Below are positions 1 through 499 of a DNA stretch of 499 nt, one piece after another. The notes under the pieces were generated by a model that saw only the letters and a program-made list of their open reading frames with translations, was not told the DNA's origin and did no database searches. Both the position numbers and the translations under genes were made by a program. The first letter of the stretch is position 1, and each line of letters opens with the position of its first letter. Location: sequence record EF517065.1, one strand, 5' to 3'. Source of the DNA: a phage.

Positions 1-23
1 TTCAGGCAATCTTAGAGAAAGAT

Positions 24-239
24 ATGCTGCATCTATGTAAGCAGGTCGGCTCAGGTGCGATTGTCCCCAATGGTAAACAGAAGGAAATGATTGTCCAGTT
101 TCTGACACACGGTATGGAAAGATTGATGACATTCGTAGTACGTACATCATTTCGTGAGGCCATTAAGGACATGCACGAAGAGTATGCAAATAAGGATTCT
201 TTCAAACAATCTCTTGCAACAGTACGGGAGGTGTTCTGA
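24..239 (+). CDS. Hypothetical small protein, 71 aa from ATG 24 (MLHLCKQVGSG...ATVREVF). May be the 3' part of a longer gene, since the frame is open back to position 3.
   Basis: ORF with ATG at 24-26 and TGA stop at 237-239. The same frame has no stop between positions 3 and 23 (codons cag gca atc tta gag aaa gat), so the true start may lie upstream of the window. Only a weak purine-rich stretch (AGAGAAAG, 14-21) precedes ATG 24. The stop overlaps the next gene's start (TGATG), which supports a real coding strand. Product not recognised. Confidence 0.55.
   Translation: MLHLCKQVGSGAIVPNGKQKEMIVQFLTHGMERLMTFVVRTSFREAIKDMHEEYANKDSFKQSLATVREVF
226..231 (+). promoter_or_regulatory. Shine-Dalgarno-like ribosome-binding site (GGGAGG) for the ORF starting at 239.
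   Basis: GGGAGG lies 7 nt upstream of ATG 239, embedded in the last codons of ORF1. This is the classic arrangement for translational coupling. Confidence 0.6.
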
Positions 240-448
240 TGTCTGACTATCTGAAAGTGCTGCAAACAATCAAAAGTTGCCCTAAGACTTTCCAGTCCAA
301 CTATGTACGGAACAATGCGAGCCTCGTAGCGGAGGCCGTTTCCCGTGGTCACATCTCGTGCCTGACTACTAGTGGACGTAATGGTGGCGCTTGGGAAATC
401 ACTGCTTCCGGTACTCGCTTTCTGAAACGAATGGGAGGATGTGTCTAA
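239..448 (+). CDS. Hypothetical small basic protein, 69 aa (MSDYLKVLQTIK...FLKRMGGCV); possibly nucleic-acid binding, function unknown.
   Basis: ATG at 239-241 shares its A with the upstream TGA stop (237-239). GGGAGG at 226-231 sits 7 nt upstream of the ATG. TAA stop at 446-448 overlaps the next ATG. By hand count the protein has 9 K/R against 3 D/E. No family recognised from memory. Confidence 0.7.
   Translation: MSDYLKVLQTIKSCPKTFQSNYVRNNASLVAEAVSRGHISCLTTSGRNGGAWEITASGTRFLKRMGGCV
433..438 (+). promoter_or_regulatory. Shine-Dalgarno-like ribosome-binding site (GGGAGG) for the ORF starting at 448.
   Basis: GGGAGG lies 9 nt upstream of ATG 448, embedded in the last codons of ORF2 (encoding ...MGG). 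It is the same hexamer as at 226-231. Confidence 0.6.
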
Positions 449-499
449 TGTCTTGTGACCTTGTGACTATTCCACGCGATGTGTGGAACGATATACAGG
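448..499 (+). CDS. Hypothetical protein, N-terminal fragment only (MSCDLVTIPRDVWNDIQ...), truncated by the window edge.
   Basis: ATG at 448-450 overlaps the TAA stop of the upstream ORF (TAATG). GGGAGG at 433-438 sits 9 nt upstream. The frame is open to the end of the window (17 codons). Too short to identify. Confidence 0.5.
   Translation, partial: MSCDLVTIPRDVWNDIQ
452..467 (+). repeat. Perfect tandem direct repeat, CTTGTGAC x2 (16 bp), immediately after the ORF3 start codon.
   Basis: Read directly from the sequence: cttgtgac at 452-459 and again at 460-467. It lies inside ORF3 coding sequence (codons S-C-D-L-V-T). Functional significance unknown. Confidence 0.4.

Noticed and set aside
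87-89. Internal ATG (M21 of ORF1, preceded by AAGGA) as an alternative start for ORF1
   Set aside because: The AAGGA purine stretch ends only 1 nt before the ATG, which is too close for a functional Shine-Dalgarno spacing, so it more likely just encodes internal K-E-M.
138-145. Perfect 8-bp palindrome GTACGTAC (a 6-bp palindrome ACTAGT also occurs at 368-373)
   Set aside because: Short palindromes of this size are expected by chance in 500 bp. They lie inside coding sequence with no flanking symmetry extension, and there is no evidence for an operator or restriction-related role.
321-336. Small hairpin (GCCTC / GAGGC stem, 6-nt loop) as a possible terminator or attenuator
   Set aside because: The stem is only 5 bp, there is no downstream U-tract, and it lies in the middle of ORF2. 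It is not a credible intrinsic terminator.
2-352. 116-aa reverse-strand ORF (GTG start) as a real CDS
   Set aside because: It overlaps two + strand ORFs that show textbook coupled stop/start junctions with strong SD motifs. Its amino-acid composition looks antisense-like. The start is GTG and I could not identify a convincing RBS. It is kept only as a low-interest finding.
24-448. Two-gene toxin-antitoxin pair (two overlapping ORFs of about 70 aa)
   Set aside because: Size and overlap are compatible, but neither protein shows motifs I can recognise from RelE/ParE, MazF, HicA, HigB, CcdB or Phd/YefM-type families, and there is a third coupled ORF downstream. No positive evidence.
239-448. Weak N-terminal resemblance of ORF2 (SDYLKVLQTIKSC) to the Hha/YmoA family N-terminus (TDYLMRLRRC...)
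   Set aside because: The similarity is limited to a short D-Y-L-x-x-L...C pattern recalled from memory. The rest of the protein does not match my recollection of Hha, so this is probably coincidental. It would need a profile search to revive.
239-448. Zinc-binding motif in ORF2 (Cys at residues 14, 41, 68)
   Set aside because: There are only three widely spaced cysteines, with no CxxC or CxxH pairs, so this is not a recognisable zinc-finger or zinc-ribbon pattern.
1-499. CRISPR array, tRNA or other ncRNA gene, IS or transposon terminal inverted repeats, promoter with clear -35/-10 elements
   Set aside because: No spaced direct repeats, no cloverleaf-compatible structure, no terminal inverted repeats and no convincing TTGACA-N17-TATAAT match were found by eye. 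The window is essentially all coding on the + strand.

Overview
This 499-bp window (about 46% GC by hand count) is almost fully occupied by three tandem small ORFs on the + strand. They are joined by single-nucleotide stop/start overlaps (TGATG at 237-241, TAATG at 446-450), and each junction is preceded by an identical GGGAGG Shine-Dalgarno-like hexamer at 7-9 nt spacing. This is the signature of a tightly packed, translationally coupled small-gene cassette, as is typical of phage, prophage or plasmid accessory regions. ORF1 (24..239, 71 aa) may extend upstream of the window because its frame is open to position 3. ORF2 (239..448, 69 aa) is complete and is a small basic protein (net charge about +6). 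ORF3 starts at 448 and runs off the 3' edge. I do not recognise any of the three products as a known family, so all functional suggestions are inference. The 116-aa antisense ORF (2..352, GTG start) is most likely a shadow of the + strand genes. No RNA genes, CRISPR repeats, terminators, mobile-element ends or convincing promoters are visible. Nothing here is diagnostic of a specific novel system; the defensible claim is an uncharacterised coupled small-protein operon that should be examined in its wider context.
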